Positions 39,442-55,642 are shown, counted from the first letter of the stretch. The stretch is 64,000 nucleotides of DNA from Clostridia bacterium (GCA_051866635.1 JBJDXJ010000026.1:1-64000), one strand, 5' to 3'. Notes: generated by a model not told the origin, from the sequence alone. Translations and numbers: made by a program.

Positions 39442-41163
39442 TTATCCTAATACCTTTTCTTCAAAACTTTTTATATCATAGCCTTTTTCTTCAAGCCACA
39501 TTACGGTTTCTTTGTATTTTGTTGTAAGGTCAAAATGTATACTACATGTATAAACATCTTTACCACCGCAAGTACATTCAATATAGCATCCACCTATATA
39601 ACTTTCATCACTATCTCCATGCAAATCAGTATAGCTTAATTTTTCCACATCTCTTTTTGCACATTCAAGAAATTCGTTAAGCTCTGCAATTGTTCCTTCT
39701 ATTTCATAGCCGTTAACACTGACAGCAACAACGTCATTAACATCATTACGGAAAACTTCTTCGCAAGCATATTTATATTCGGGATATTTATACAGTTTTT
39801 CCATTATTTTGTCTCGCTTTTCATTGCTTATGGGGTACCGCCTTGCAACAGTTTTTCCGTTTTTAAGCTCATATACGATGTGTATTCTGGTATCCGCATC
39901 TTGGTACCAACCTCGGGTATCATAATTAAAAAGCATAATGTTCTCTTTCCCCGTAAGCTCGGAATGAACATTTACTATGTACTCGTTTATTTTTTCGCTG
40001 TCTGTAAAAGGTTCAACGTCTTGATAGTAATAGTTATAAATAGCCGCAGTTTCAATATCGTTTACATCGGGAACATAAGTTTCGTAACCGAAAACACTTG
40101 TGAACATTATAAATCCAACCATTAAGAAAAATATAACGCCAAATACAAGATATCCCTTGTAAGTGTGCCATACCTTAATTTGTTTTCTTAAAAGCATTTC
40201 ACTTCCGAAATAGATAACTGCACCTAAAACTGCCACAACAATAAATACCATTATGGGTTTTTCGCTTATAAGTGAAGAAAAGAGTGCAAATACAGAAAGT
40301 GTTCCAACAAATGTTACAGCATACTTAAATATGGGGTTTAATACTTTAAATGCCGCCACATCTTCACTTGTTTCAACATTTCTCTTTTTGTAAATAAAAT
40401 AGTTTACCACATACATTAAAGCTGCCACTACAGTAAATGCAATTATGGAAGAAAAATCTTTAAAATTGCCGCCGTATGAAATATAGCTTGAAAAATCCGC
40501 AAGGGTAGCTACAGGGTTCATTTCAATGGCAATGTTTGCAATTGATGTTGACTGTGCACTTCCGTACAAAAACTGATCAAGCAAAACATCAACAACCGAA
40601 CCCACTACCGGAAGTGCGATATATATAAATAAATTAAGTGCCGCCAAAGCAAAGCTGTTGCCTGTAATCATTGCAACAAATGTGGAAAAGGCAAACATTA
40701 TGAAAACAGTTAAAAGATTTACCCCAACCCACACAAAGGCAGATTCTACGCTAAAAAGCGTATGGTATTTTGTAAGGGACATTAAAATTAATACAATTCC
40801 GTTTAAAATTATGGGCAAGCCCATAAGTGTGAATGCCGCAGCTAAAGTTGAAATGTAGTTTTGCATTCTTGTTACAGGCATTGAATGAGCAAAAACAGAA
40901 GCCTTTTTTGAATGTACAAACCTGTAAACCAAAAGTGCAACAATCGTCGGCACAACAAAACCCATAAGCATACTGGGAATTAAAAAGCCGTCTGTCAATA
41001 TAAGGTCATTATCCCACGATTGATAAATATATGAATCATAGGCGAGCATTATCATAAGCCCTGTACACATAAACATCAGCAAAAAATACAAAACAGAGCC
41101 TATGGAAAACCTTTTTACGGTTGATTTGTATATTCCTTTATTAAAGAATGTTTTTATAGTCAT
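39442..41163 (-). CDS. ABC transporter permease (YtrC/D-like) with soluble C-terminal domain
   Basis: Multiple TM helices, HSMPVTR motif, downstream of the ATPase. Confidence 0.75.
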   Translation of the reverse strand: MTIKTFFNKGIYKSTVKRFSIGSVLYFLLMFMCTGLMIMLAYDSYIYQSWDNDLILTDGFLIPSMLMGFVVPTIVALLVYRFVHSKKASVFAHSMPVTRMQNYISTLAAAFTLMGLPIILNGIVLILMSLTKYHTLFSVESAFVWVGVNLLTVFIMFAFSTFVAMITGNSFALAALNLFIYIALPVVGSVVDVLLDQFLYGSAQSTSIANIAIEMNPVATLADFSSYISYGGNFKDFSSIIAFTVVAALMYVVNYFIYKKRNVETSEDVAAFKVLNPIFKYAVTFVGTLSVFALFSSLISEKPIMVFIVVAVLGAVIYFGSEMLLRKQIKVWHTYKGYLVFGVIFFLMVGFIMFTSVFGYETYVPDVNDIETAAIYNYYYQDVEPFTDSEKINEYIVNVHSELTGKENIMLFNYDTRGWYQDADTRIHIVYELKNGKTVARRYPISNEKRDKIMEKLYKYPEYKYACEEVFRNDVNDVVAVSVNGYEIEGTIAELNEFLECAKRDVEKLSYTDLHGDSDESYIGGCYIECTCGGKDVYTCSIHFDLTTKYKETVMWLEEKGYDIKSFEEKVLG

Positions 41164-42037
41164 ATCCTAAACCTCCCAACTCATAAATAAATACTTCCTC
41201 CAATGTGAGGCTGATTCTTTCAAATAATACAGGAGAATACTTTTTCATTAAGCGGTCACATTCCTCTGCGGAACCTTTTACAATAATGTTATAAACACTG
41301 CCTGTATTTGAAATGTGTAAAATATCCCCTCCTACTTGTATTTCATTGGGCTTTTCGCCGTCAAAAACAACCTGGTACTTATGCACATTGCCCTTTAAGT
41401 CGTCAAGGGGCTTTTCTGTTATCAATTTCCCTTTATGTATAATACCAACATAATCGCAAATATCCTCAAGCTCTCTAAGATTATGGCTGGACACCAAAAC
41501 TGTCATCTGTCTGTCTACAACCAATGCAATAACAAGGTTTAAAACCTGCTTTCGCATTACAGGGTCAAGTCCGTCAAGTGGTTCGTCAAGTATTAAGACC
41601 TCAGGTTCACAAGACAAACTCAGCCAGAATGCCACCTGTTTTTTCATACCCTTTGAAAGTTTTCGTATCTGCCTTTTTTCGTCAATGTTAAAAATTTCTT
41701 TTATTTTATTATACATATCACGGTTAAAGGTGGGATACATGCTTTCATAAAAGCCTGCCATTTGCTTTATTGTAAAAGTATTAAAATAAAACCAATCATC
41801 GGCAATGCTTAATATTTTGCTTTTCACCTTTGGGTTTTCATAAATTGTCTCACCATCTAAGGTTATTTCACCACTCTCTTGTCTGAGAGCACCTGTTATA
41901 TGGTTGATTAAAGTTGTTTTGCCTGCACCGTTAGGTCCTACCAGACCGTAAATAGTACCCTTAGGCACATTAAGACAAATTTCGTCCAAAACTTTAAAAT
42001 CTCCGAAATGTTTAGTAACATTATTTACCTTTATCAT
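41141..42037 (-). CDS. ABC transporter ATP-binding protein (YtrB-like)
   Basis: GPNGAGKTT, LSKGM, LDEP.DGLD, SSH. Confidence 0.92.
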   Translation of the reverse strand: MIKVNNVTKHFGDFKVLDEICLNVPKGTIYGLVGPNGAGKTTLINHITGALRQESGEITLDGETIYENPKVKSKILSIADDWFYFNTFTIKQMAGFYESMYPTFNRDMYNKIKEIFNIDEKRQIRKLSKGMKKQVAFWLSLSCEPEVLILDEPLDGLDPVMRKQVLNLVIALVVDRQMTVLVSSHNLRELEDICDYVGIIHKGKLITEKPLDDLKGNVHKYQVVFDGEKPNEIQVGGDILHISNTGSVYNIIVKGSAEECDRLMKKYSPVLFERISLTLEEVFIYELGGLGYDYKNIL

Positions 42038-42408
42038 TTACTATCCTCTCTTTCATACTCTTTTTCGATTATTTTTTCAATTTCTTTTCGGTCAACGCCT
42101 AAAAACTCAAGCTCTTTAACTATTTTTTCAAGATTGTCAAAAAGCTTTAAAACAGTTTCATCGTCAGCCTTTTTAAAGGGAGATACAAAATTGCCCTTGC
42201 CCTGTACTGAATAAATAATACCGCCAAATTCTAATTCCTTGTATGCTTTCTGCACAGTATTGGGGTTTACTGTTAAAGATAATGACAATTCCCTGACACT
42301 GGGCAACTTGTCGTTCTCTTTCAGTGCACCTGATATTATAAGTTCTTTTATTCCCTCTTTAATCTGTTCATGTATGCTCCTGCCGCTTTTGTAGTCAAGC
42401 TTTATCAA
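42034..42408 (-). CDS. GntR/YtrA-family regulator
   Basis: LPSVREL...VNPNTVQKAY.ELE..G....GKG; short C-terminus. Confidence 0.92.
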   Translation of the reverse strand: MIKLDYKSGRSIHEQIKEGIKELIISGALKENDKLPSVRELSLSLTVNPNTVQKAYKELEFGGIIYSVQGKGNFVSPFKKADDETVLKLFDNLEKIVKELEFLGVDRKEIEKIIEKEYEREDSK

Positions 42409-42425
42409 AATTCTTCCTCCTTTCC

Positions 42426-42479
42426 TAACTGTATTATTTGTACTAATACAGTTATATCACACACTAAAACACTTGTCAA
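42426..42479 (-). promoter_or_regulatory. sigma-A promoter with YtrA-type operator palindrome
   Basis: TTGACA-17-TATAAC. Perfect IR TAACTGTATTA-N7-TAATACAGTTA (42426-42454) overlaps the -10/+1 region. Confidence 0.8.
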
Positions 42480-42493
42480 TAACTTTTGCAAAA

Positions 42494-42517
42494 AAAAAGA
42501 GGCTTTCGCCTCTTTTT
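42494..42517 (-). terminator. Terminator after the GerMN gene
   Basis: AAAAAGAGGC/GCCTCTTTTT hairpin with a long U-tract. Confidence 0.75.
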
Positions 42518-42544
42518 CAACACAGATTTCAAATTAATAATTAT

Positions 42545-43069
42545 TTAGTCTACCTCTGTTTCTGCATGTATAGCTTCACTTCGCACCATATTGGGTTCAA
42601 ACTCAAAAGTATCGCCTAAATAAAAGTGTCCGCCAAATTCTGCTTCACTGTCACCTTCAATATTAATCTTCACTTTTTCTACTCTCTCCAAATCACAAAG
42701 GGAATTTACAAGTGAGTAAATGGCAATACTTTCCCGCATTGTGCCGCCTGTGTTATATGTTCTGAATTCCTCTGACAAATCAATTGTACAAATACCGTTT
42801 TCTACAGATACTGACAAAACCTTAACATCACCGGAAATAGATGCATTAAGACCTTCCTTTGTGGGGCCTTTTATAACTTCACGGCAAATAGTCTCAACAA
42901 GATTTACAAGGTCATTAATATCTGCATTAATTTCCCTTATTTCCACATCATAGTACATGGAATCATCAGGAAAGTATAATTTGACACTTTCCGTTTTGTT
43001 TTCCTTCCTGCAACCTACAGCTGTCAAAACCAATAAAGCACACAATACTATAAATAAAAATTTTTTCAT
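42545..43069 (-). CDS. GerMN domain lipoprotein
   Basis: Lipobox AVGC; LYF, GP, IDLS.EF, YSLVNSL, VKINIEG pattern. Confidence 0.85.
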   Translation of the reverse strand: MKKFLFIVLCALLVLTAVGCRKENKTESVKLYFPDDSMYYDVEIREINADINDLVNLVETICREVIKGPTKEGLNASISGDVKVLSVSVENGICTIDLSEEFRTYNTGGTMRESIAIYSLVNSLCDLERVEKVKINIEGDSEAEFGGHFYLGDTFEFEPNMVRSEAIHAETEVD

Positions 43070-43130
43070 AATCACACACCCCTTCTTATACTAATTATAA
43101 CCTTATTTTCTATATATTGCAACAGGAAAA

Positions 43131-43174
43131 AAACTGCAAATTGTATACACCAAGATGCATACAATTTGCAGTTT
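43131..43174 (-). terminator. Terminator after the multidomain lyase gene
   Basis: 16-bp IR AAACTGCAAATTGTAT/ATACAATTTGCAGTTT. Confidence 0.7.
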
Positions 43175-43179
43175 CTGTT

Positions 43180-46100
43180 CTACTCGGTAAGCTTCATATA
43201 ATCAACTTGGATTTCCCCTTCACCGTAAAAGGTCAGGAAAAATACTCTTTGCCTCATAACACCTTCCGGCTGTACATCAAATGCAATTTCCATCCATTCA
43301 CCATTTGTTGATGGAATAATGCCTGTAACAAAGGGTGCATAAACAGTATGCTCATTTTGAAGAACTACCCGTACTTCGCTTGTTGTTTTAACTTTTAAAA
43401 CAACCTTATTTCTTACTGACGGAGGATAATACCCGTTAGTTACGGCAATCTGTGTTCCCTTTTGGTCAAGTGATACTGTCACATAACCATCTTGCTTTTC
43501 TGCTTTGCCGTAGTTTAATGCAGTATAGGTTTCGATCTGCCATACAGTACTGCTTTCACCCATCTTTTCAAATTGGCTCATATCAACCTGTGCATCTTCA
43601 GGGGTGAAAAGCAAATCGGAAAAGCCTACATAAAAATCGTTCATCATGCCTTCGGGATAGTGGTATTCGTGTGCTTCTTTTAAGTAGCGATATTTTTCCT
43701 CATTCATATCAACTGCTTCTTCGTATTTGTAGTAATTGTACAAAATGCCGAAAGTGATATATATTGCACCTCGGTTTGTGTCGTTAATATCGCAGTACAA
43801 GCTTCCCACATCTATAGTGGGGTGTGAAACATCGTAGCCAAGGTTGTATTTGCCTATATAACTTGCCGCCTGAAGAAGCCTTTCGTCGGCAAAGCGGAAC
43901 ATATTAACTGCGTCCTCTTTTGTGGAATATTCACCTGTAACAGGGTCAACCTTTGTGCCCTGGCGGTAGGTCATCATTGCACATATTGACAGTGCACCTA
44001 CATTGCCGTAGGCGTGACCTTGGTCTCTGCCCATTTCTGCATGGACAAAGGTTGGTTCAATCTTATCGCCGTTCAATGCATCAAAATCCACTATGCGGAA
44101 CACCTGTGTTATTCCACCGCCGCTTCCTGTCATCGTGTTAATGCTTCCGCCGCCCTTTGAGTTTACAGTTGTTCGTTCAACTGCCGTTTTATAAAGCTCT
44201 GTATCATTTCTGAAAATCGCATTTGCCATAGTACCCATATTGCCTATACTGTGCTGATTCATCCAGTACCACCAGCAGTCGTGCTTTGGCTGTATGGTCT
44301 TAAGCATACCTACAAACTTTTCATTATCCGCATCTGTCCATTCAAGCATAGGATTTTCACAGCTCGTATATTTCATAAGCTCTGCCGCAAAAGTCATTTT
44401 AAAGGCAATTTCACCGTGGTCAATTCTGTCTGAGCCTAATGTTGTGTATACATCTCTCAGCTCTGACCACATTCTCAGTATTGTCATTGCATTACTGCGG
44501 TATGCTTCGTCACCTGTAATCACATACATAAGAGCTTGGTTTACAACACTTCTGGAATCCATGCTCATATTTTTAAGTCTGGCTTCGCTTTTTAATGCTG
44601 TAGTGTCGCCGTTTGAGTCGTAGGCGTATATTCTCACATTTTTATTTGTTGCGGCGGCAAGGTTATTAAAACTTGTAAGCCAAGGCTCTTTACCTTCTCT
44701 GACCTTTGTCTGCATACGTAAAATATCGTCTTTTGTAATTAAAACTCCGGGATGTACAAAGCCTTCTGTGCTGACCTCCTCATATACGGAAGGGATATAG
44801 TCCGTAAGGTATTCGCCTGCCGAATCTGCCTTGTCAGGTTGTACCAAAGTTTCCGTCTTTACTTTTGCAACTTTAAATACGGTCCAGTAGTAGGGACTAC
44901 TGCTCATTGTAAGGGTGCCGTTATAAGCCAGATAGTTTTTATTATCCCTTCCTTGAATAATAAAGCCATTTTCTGTTTCTTCAAAAATCCACTGTTCGTT
45001 TGTGCCTGCTCCCCCGTGCCAAAGTATAACATTTGCACCTATTTCTTTACTGCCCCCTGCAATATTCAGATTATGCCCTGTTTCACGGTTTACAAGGGTG
45101 TAGTATTTCCCTTCAATATTTGTAACAAGCCACTGCGCGTTACGGCGTGAGGAATTCCCTTCAAAGGCTATTTTATCAGTTGCCGCAAGGTATCCGTCCT
45201 TGCATCTTAGAACATAGTACCAATTATTATCAAGCTCAGCATATTTTTCATATGGGTCAACTGCTTCTTTTCCCATTTGCACCAGTGTATTTTCCGTTTC
45301 GATAATTTCCCAATCTGTAAAATCAGAAAGAGAATGAAGGGTAAAATCATCATTTAAAAACCATTCGGACTGGTAGCCGATTATACCTGTTTTACCCTTT
45401 GTTTCAACAACGTACCAAAGCTGATTCATGCTTTTTCCGCCCGAGTACAGTATAACTTTTGCACCTTTTTCCGTACTGAAGTTTTCAACGTCAAAGCATT
45501 TTCCGCTCTTTACGTTAAAAATTGCGTATGTATTATTCGTCTTGGGCGAAGGTGCAAACCGCCAAAGTGCACTATCATCTGCCGTTTCTTTTAATACGGC
45601 ACTGCCATCATTTTCTGCAAGGAATTTACCGCACGACTTTATGTAATATGTTTTATCAGTATCAATTTCTATTGCACTTTTGCGTATTTTGTCAATTTCC
45701 TCTTTTTCCAGTGTTGTTTCCTTTGCGGTAATCACTCCGTCAAATTCACCAACCACATATTCGTAGGATATTTCTTTTTCGCAATCGCCCGACTTTATGT
45801 GGGCAGTTAAAACTACATCCTGTAATTCTTTTTCAGAGGTAAAAATGCCTTCAACAGTCATCGCCTTATCGTTTGAGCTTGTCCATGTAACCGATGAATT
45901 TCCGTCATCAAAGGAATAATATGAAAAAGTGTTGTCATTATTCTTTTTCAAATAAACCCTTGCGGAAAGTGAGTCAACCTTTTTTTCGTCAGTTAAGTGT
46001 TTAAATGCAATTTCGTTAAGCTCCATTTTATCCAAAGCGAAAGGCACAAAGAAAAACTCGTCAATTGCACCGTTAAAATACTCTGTAGGTTCGGTGTTTT

Positions 46101-46692
46101 TGTTATAATAACCGATGAAGTTGTTTTTGGTTATACCCACATCTTTTATTCTGCCCAAAGCCTCTCCGGATGTAACCAATCTGCCATTTATATAAAGCTC
46201 AATATAATCACCACGCTGAACAGTTGCGTAATGCACCCATTCGCCCATTTTATACACGCCAAAGCTCGTAGCCTGACCGCCTCCGTTCATGACGGTTCCT
46301 GTTCTCACATTATTACTGCCTTCCCATTGCCAGGTGCCAAAATACAGACAGCTTCCCTCATCGTTTCCGAAGTCGTAAACTCTCTGCCACACATTAGGCT
46401 TAATATTGTCAAAGCGTACCCATCCGCCTATTGTGAAATCCTCCACACCTTCCCCAATGCCCTCGGGAAGTTCTAAATACGCATCAGTGCCGTTGAAAAG
46501 TCCTGCCTTACCTTCCAAGCCATCGGTGTATGTAAAATCGCCGTGCACCGTTACATTTTCCGGCACATTTTCTTCAAAATCAAGATAGATTATACTGTCT
46601 TGTTTTAAATCAAAGGTTTCATTGTCATTGGCAAATGCAAACACAGGTGCCGCCATTACCAATACCAAAATTAAAGAAATTAGTTTTTTCAT
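43180..46692 (-). CDS. Secreted multidomain glycan-degrading protein: LamG - Ig-like - 2x ricin-B lectin - alginate-lyase-like (alpha/alpha) domain - CBM-like
   Basis: Signal peptide; LamG (WQRVYDFG, W.H, LYING, F.GAIDE); QxW repeats (NQLW, NAQW, NEQW); FVHPGV...EPW, W.NQ and EMGRDQGH lyase motifs. Confidence 0.75.
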   Translation of the reverse strand: MKKLISLILVLVMAAPVFAFANDNETFDLKQDSIIYLDFEENVPENVTVHGDFTYTDGLEGKAGLFNGTDAYLELPEGIGEGVEDFTIGGWVRFDNIKPNVWQRVYDFGNDEGSCLYFGTWQWEGSNNVRTGTVMNGGGQATSFGVYKMGEWVHYATVQRGDYIELYINGRLVTSGEALGRIKDVGITKNNFIGYYNKNTEPTEYFNGAIDEFFFVPFALDKMELNEIAFKHLTDEKKVDSLSARVYLKKNNDNTFSYYSFDDGNSSVTWTSSNDKAMTVEGIFTSEKELQDVVLTAHIKSGDCEKEISYEYVVGEFDGVITAKETTLEKEEIDKIRKSAIEIDTDKTYYIKSCGKFLAENDGSAVLKETADDSALWRFAPSPKTNNTYAIFNVKSGKCFDVENFSTEKGAKVILYSGGKSMNQLWYVVETKGKTGIIGYQSEWFLNDDFTLHSLSDFTDWEIIETENTLVQMGKEAVDPYEKYAELDNNWYYVLRCKDGYLAATDKIAFEGNSSRRNAQWLVTNIEGKYYTLVNRETGHNLNIAGGSKEIGANVILWHGGAGTNEQWIFEETENGFIIQGRDNKNYLAYNGTLTMSSSPYYWTVFKVAKVKTETLVQPDKADSAGEYLTDYIPSVYEEVSTEGFVHPGVLITKDDILRMQTKVREGKEPWLTSFNNLAAATNKNVRIYAYDSNGDTTALKSEARLKNMSMDSRSVVNQALMYVITGDEAYRSNAMTILRMWSELRDVYTTLGSDRIDHGEIAFKMTFAAELMKYTSCENPMLEWTDADNEKFVGMLKTIQPKHDCWWYWMNQHSIGNMGTMANAIFRNDTELYKTAVERTTVNSKGGGSINTMTGSGGGITQVFRIVDFDALNGDKIEPTFVHAEMGRDQGHAYGNVGALSICAMMTYRQGTKVDPVTGEYSTKEDAVNMFRFADERLLQAASYIGKYNLGYDVSHPTIDVGSLYCDINDTNRGAIYITFGILYNYYKYEEAVDMNEEKYRYLKEAHEYHYPEGMMNDFYVGFSDLLFTPEDAQVDMSQFEKMGESSTVWQIETYTALNYGKAEKQDGYVTVSLDQKGTQIAVTNGYYPPSVRNKVVLKVKTTSEVRVVLQNEHTVYAPFVTGIIPSTNGEWMEIAFDVQPEGVMRQRVFFLTFYGEGEIQVDYMKLTE

Positions 46693-46753
46693 GCTATCGC
46701 CTCCTTTTTATATTTTACCATAGCTACTCTATGTTTCAATATCCTATTTACAC

Positions 46754-51827
<5,074 letters not shown>

Positions 51828-51951
51828 TTATTCTCCGCCTTTCGTTTTTAAGCATACAGCTGTAAGCTATCGATTTTATTCTACATATAATCGCTCTATT
51901 TTTCAACCTCTGTTTTTCATTTTAAATGCACCTTTTTGTAATATTACACGC

Positions 51952-51979
51952 AAAAACGGACGGCTTTCGCCGTCCGTTT
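51952..51979 (-). terminator. Terminator after PFOR
   Basis: AAACGGACGGC/GCCGTCCGTTT with a U-tract. Confidence 0.8.
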
Positions 51980-51997
51980 AGAGTCAGTCGTTTTAAA

Positions 51998-54900
51998 TTA
52001 GTTCTGTTCTGCCAGCTTTGCAAGCTTTGCGTACTTTTCCTTTGCAGTCTTTTCAGCAAATGCAAAGAGTTCTTTTGCTCTTTCGGGGTTGCTTCTTGCA
52101 AGAGAAGAATATCTTACTTCGTTCATGATAAATTCTTCATAGCTTGCCTTAGGCTCCTTGCTGTCAAGCTGGAAGGGGTTCTTGCCTTCTTCTGCAAGAC
52201 GAGGATCGTAACGGAAGAGGTGCCAGTAGCCTGCTTCAACAGCTCTCTTTTCTTCTGCCTGAGCCGCTGTCATGCCACCCTTGATACCGTGGTTGATACA
52301 AGGTGCGTAGCAGATTACCAAGGAGGGACCGTCATAGCTTTCAGCTTCGATAAATGCCTTCAAGCACTGTGCAGGGTTAGCACCCATAGCAACCTGTGCT
52401 GTGTATACATAGCCGTAGCTCATTGCGATAGCAGCTAAATCCTTTTTCTTAACCTCTTTACCTGCAGCGGCAAACTGTGCAATAGCACCTGTAGGTGTAG
52501 CCTTGGAAGCCTGACCGCCTGTGTTCGAGTAAACTTCTGTATCAAATACTACAACATTTACATCCTGATGAGATGCGATAACATGGTCCAAGCCACCGAA
52601 ACCGATATCGTAAGCCCAACCGTCACCGCCGAAGATGTATACACTCTTCTTGGAGAGGTATTCTTTCTTCTTAAGAATTTCTTCAGCTTCGGGAGTACCC
52701 ATCTTTGTAAGAACTTCAACAAGCTCTGCTGCGGCTACCTTGTTTGCACTGCCGTCTGTCTTAGTTACCAAGTATTTATCAATAACAGCCTTTGCAGAAT
52801 CATCTGCTGTTTCCTTAACAGCTTCAACCTTCTTAATAAGCTGTTCACGGAGTGTGTTCTGTGCCAAGAACATACCGTAACCGTATTCAGCATTATCTTC
52901 AAAGAGGCTGTTAGCCCATGCAGGACCTCTGCCTTCCTTGTTAGTTGTGTAAGGAGTTGCCGGTGCACTACCGCCCCAGATAGAGGAACAGCCTGTTGCA
53001 TTGGCAATATACATTCTGTCGCCGCAAAGCTGTGTAACAAGTTTTGCATAAGGTGTTTCACCACAGCCTGCACAAGCACCGGAGAATTCAAGATAAGGCT
53101 GTCTGAGCTGACTGCCCTTAACTGTTGTTATCTTAAACTTGTCAAGAACTTCCTGTTTGTCGGGAAGTGTTACAGCATAGTCAAAGCTTGCCTGAGTGGG
53201 AAGCTGTTCTTCAAGAGGCTTCATTTCAAGACACTTAGCAGGACATACAGATGCACAAGCACCACAACCTGTACAGTCAAGCACGCTTACTGCAATACCG
53301 AAATTCATGCCGTCAAGCTGTTTCATACCAACATACTTCATACCTTCGGGAGCATTCTTTGCTTCTTCATCAGTAAGAGCTACGGGACGGATACAAGCAT
53401 GGGGACATACGTAAGAACACATAGTACACTGCAAGCACTTATCCTTTTCCCATGTGGGAACATCAATTGCAATGCCACGCTTTTCGTAAGCCGCACTGCC
53501 GAGGGGAACTTCACCATTTACATACTTTTCAAATGCACTTACGGGAAGTTTGCTACCTGCAAAGGAGTTAATAGGCATAAGGATCTCGTTTACATAGTCA
53601 ACAAGTCTGCCTTCACCCTTAACAGGTTCAGTGAGAACTTCGTCCTTAGCGTCCTTCCAATAATCGGGAACATCAATTTTAACAACCTTTTCGGCACCTG
53701 CATCGATGGCGTCATGGTTCATCTTAACAATTGCGTCGCCCTTCTTGGAGTAAGAAGCCGTTGCAGCGTCCTTCATATACTTAATTGCATCTTCAGCAGG
53801 GATAATGTCAGCTAACTTAAAGAATGCAGACTGCAAAACAGTATTAATTCTGTTTCCGAGACCTATTTCCTTGCCGATAGCAATACCGTCAATTACATAG
53901 AAACGGATATTGTTTTCTGCAATATAACGCTTAACCTGACCGGGGATATGTTTGTCAAGCTCTTCAATTGTAAGCCAAGGACAGTTCAAAAGGAACACAC
54001 CGCCGGGCTTAACGTCTGAAACCATATCGTACTTTCTGATGTAAGATGCCTTATGGCAAGCAACAAAGTCAGCTTTGTTGATAAGATATGTGGAAGTAAT
54101 CTTAGCGTTACCAAATCTCAGGTGAGAAACAGTAAGACCGCCTGACTTTTTAGAGTCATAGTCAAAGTAAGCCTGAACGTTCATATCTGTATGGTCACCG
54201 ATAATCTTTACAGAGTTCTTGTTTGCACCTACAGTACCGTCGGCACCCAATCCCCAGAACTTACAGCTTGTAATATCCTTTGGAGTTGTGTCGGGATTTT
54301 CTTCAATTTTAAGAGATGTATGGGTTACATCATCTTCAATACCGATTGTAAATCTTCTCTTTTCAGTATTCTTAAATGCGGCAATAATCTGAGCAGGAGT
54401 TGTGTCCTTACTTGCAAGGCCATATCTGCCGCCGTAAAGCTGTGCAGACTGGAAGGGAGTGCCTACCAAAGAAGCACACACATCAAGGTATAAGGGCTCA
54501 CCTACACTGCCTGCTTCCTTAGTTCTGTCCAGAACAACAATTTTCTTAACAGTTTCGGGAATTACAGCTGTAAAATGCTTTGCGGAGAAGGGACGGTAAA
54601 GTCTTACCTTAATAACACCAACCTTGCTGCCGTTTGCATTCATATAGTCAACAGTTTCACATATTGTATCGCACACACTGCCCATAGCAACAATTACAGT
54701 CTCCGCATCGGGTGCACCGTAATAGTTAAAGAGCTTATAATCTGTTCCGATTTTTGCGTTTACCTTATCCATATAGCTCTGGCAGATTTCGGGAACAGCA
54801 TCATAATACTTGTTAGATGCCTCTCTCGCCTGGAAGAAAACATCAGGGTTCTGTGCTGTACCACGCTGTGCAGGGTGTTCAGGGTTAAGGCTTCTCTTTC

Positions 54901-55510
54901 TGAACTCGTCAATCTTGTCAAAGGGTGTGATGTCCATAAGGTCCTCGTTAGACCAGCAAGCAACCTTCTGATATTCGTGGCTTGTTCTGAAACCGTCAAA
55001 GAAATGAATGAAAGGCACACTTGCTTCAAGTGTTGTAAGATGAGCAACAGCACCTAAATCCATAGCTTCCTGAGGATTTGTAGATGCAAGCATTGCATAT
55101 CCGGTCTGACGGCAGGCATATATATCCTGGTGGTCACCGAAAATAGAAAGTGCATGGCTTGCCAACGCTCTTGCAGATACATTGATAACAGACGGCAAAA
55201 GTTCGCCTGCTATTTTGTACATATTAGGTATCATAAGGAGCAAGCCCTGTGATGCCGTATAAGTAGTAGTAAGTGCACCTGCTGTAAGTGAACCGTGAAC
55301 TGCACCTGCCGCACCTGCTTCAGACTGCATTTCAGCAATTTTTACAGTATTACCGAATAAGTTTGTCTTTCCCTCCGTTGCCCACTTATCTGTAACTTCA
55401 GCCATTGTGGAAGACGGAGTAATGGGATAGATAGCCGCAACATCAGTAAAAGCATATGATGCCCATGCTGCTGCGTTGTTACCATCCATGGTTTTCATTT
55501 TTCTTGCCAT
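51998..55510 (-). CDS. nifJ: Pyruvate:ferredoxin/flavodoxin oxidoreductase
   Basis: YPITPS, MQSEAGAAG, two CxxCxxCxxxCP ferredoxin motifs, GACAGCGET, GGDGWAYDIG. Confidence 0.96.
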   Translation of the reverse strand: MARKMKTMDGNNAAAWASYAFTDVAAIYPITPSSTMAEVTDKWATEGKTNLFGNTVKIAEMQSEAGAAGAVHGSLTAGALTTTYTASQGLLLMIPNMYKIAGELLPSVINVSARALASHALSIFGDHQDIYACRQTGYAMLASTNPQEAMDLGAVAHLTTLEASVPFIHFFDGFRTSHEYQKVACWSNEDLMDITPFDKIDEFRKRSLNPEHPAQRGTAQNPDVFFQAREASNKYYDAVPEICQSYMDKVNAKIGTDYKLFNYYGAPDAETVIVAMGSVCDTICETVDYMNANGSKVGVIKVRLYRPFSAKHFTAVIPETVKKIVVLDRTKEAGSVGEPLYLDVCASLVGTPFQSAQLYGGRYGLASKDTTPAQIIAAFKNTEKRRFTIGIEDDVTHTSLKIEENPDTTPKDITSCKFWGLGADGTVGANKNSVKIIGDHTDMNVQAYFDYDSKKSGGLTVSHLRFGNAKITSTYLINKADFVACHKASYIRKYDMVSDVKPGGVFLLNCPWLTIEELDKHIPGQVKRYIAENNIRFYVIDGIAIGKEIGLGNRINTVLQSAFFKLADIIPAEDAIKYMKDAATASYSKKGDAIVKMNHDAIDAGAEKVVKIDVPDYWKDAKDEVLTEPVKGEGRLVDYVNEILMPINSFAGSKLPVSAFEKYVNGEVPLGSAAYEKRGIAIDVPTWEKDKCLQCTMCSYVCPHACIRPVALTDEEAKNAPEGMKYVGMKQLDGMNFGIAVSVLDCTGCGACASVCPAKCLEMKPLEEQLPTQASFDYAVTLPDKQEVLDKFKITTVKGSQLRQPYLEFSGACAGCGETPYAKLVTQLCGDRMYIANATGCSSIWGGSAPATPYTTNKEGRGPAWANSLFEDNAEYGYGMFLAQNTLREQLIKKVEAVKETADDSAKAVIDKYLVTKTDGSANKVAAAELVEVLTKMGTPEAEEILKKKEYLSKKSVYIFGGDGWAYDIGFGGLDHVIASHQDVNVVVFDTEVYSNTGGQASKATPTGAIAQFAAAGKEVKKKDLAAIAMSYGYVYTAQVAMGANPAQCLKAFIEAESYDGPSLVICYAPCINHGIKGGMTAAQAEEKRAVEAGYWHLFRYDPRLAEEGKNPFQLDSKEPKASYEEFIMNEVRYSSLARSNPERAKELFAFAEKTAKEKYAKLAKLAEQN

Positions 55511-55597
55511 TTTGTATTCCTCCTTATATTTAAACGAATTTTGTTATCTCTACTTATAATACCTCTTTTACGCCTATCAGTCAAGCATCTTTTATGA

Positions 55598-55635
55598 AAA
55601 AATGGCAGAAAATCTTTGAATTTCCTGCCATTTTT
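55598..55635 (-). terminator. Terminator after the GT2 gene
   Basis: AAAAATGGCAG/CTGCCATTTTT IR. Confidence 0.6.
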
Positions 55636-55642
55636 GTGCATT

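Noticed and set aside
52568-53815. 415-aa plus-strand ORF (and other long antisense ORFs at 14415-15116, 18375-19172, 29887-30441, 34219-34761)
   Set aside because: They lie antisense to highly expressed conserved genes (nifJ, asd, pflB, atpA, ackA), have no RBS or recognisable motifs, and are the expected shadows of strong codon bias.
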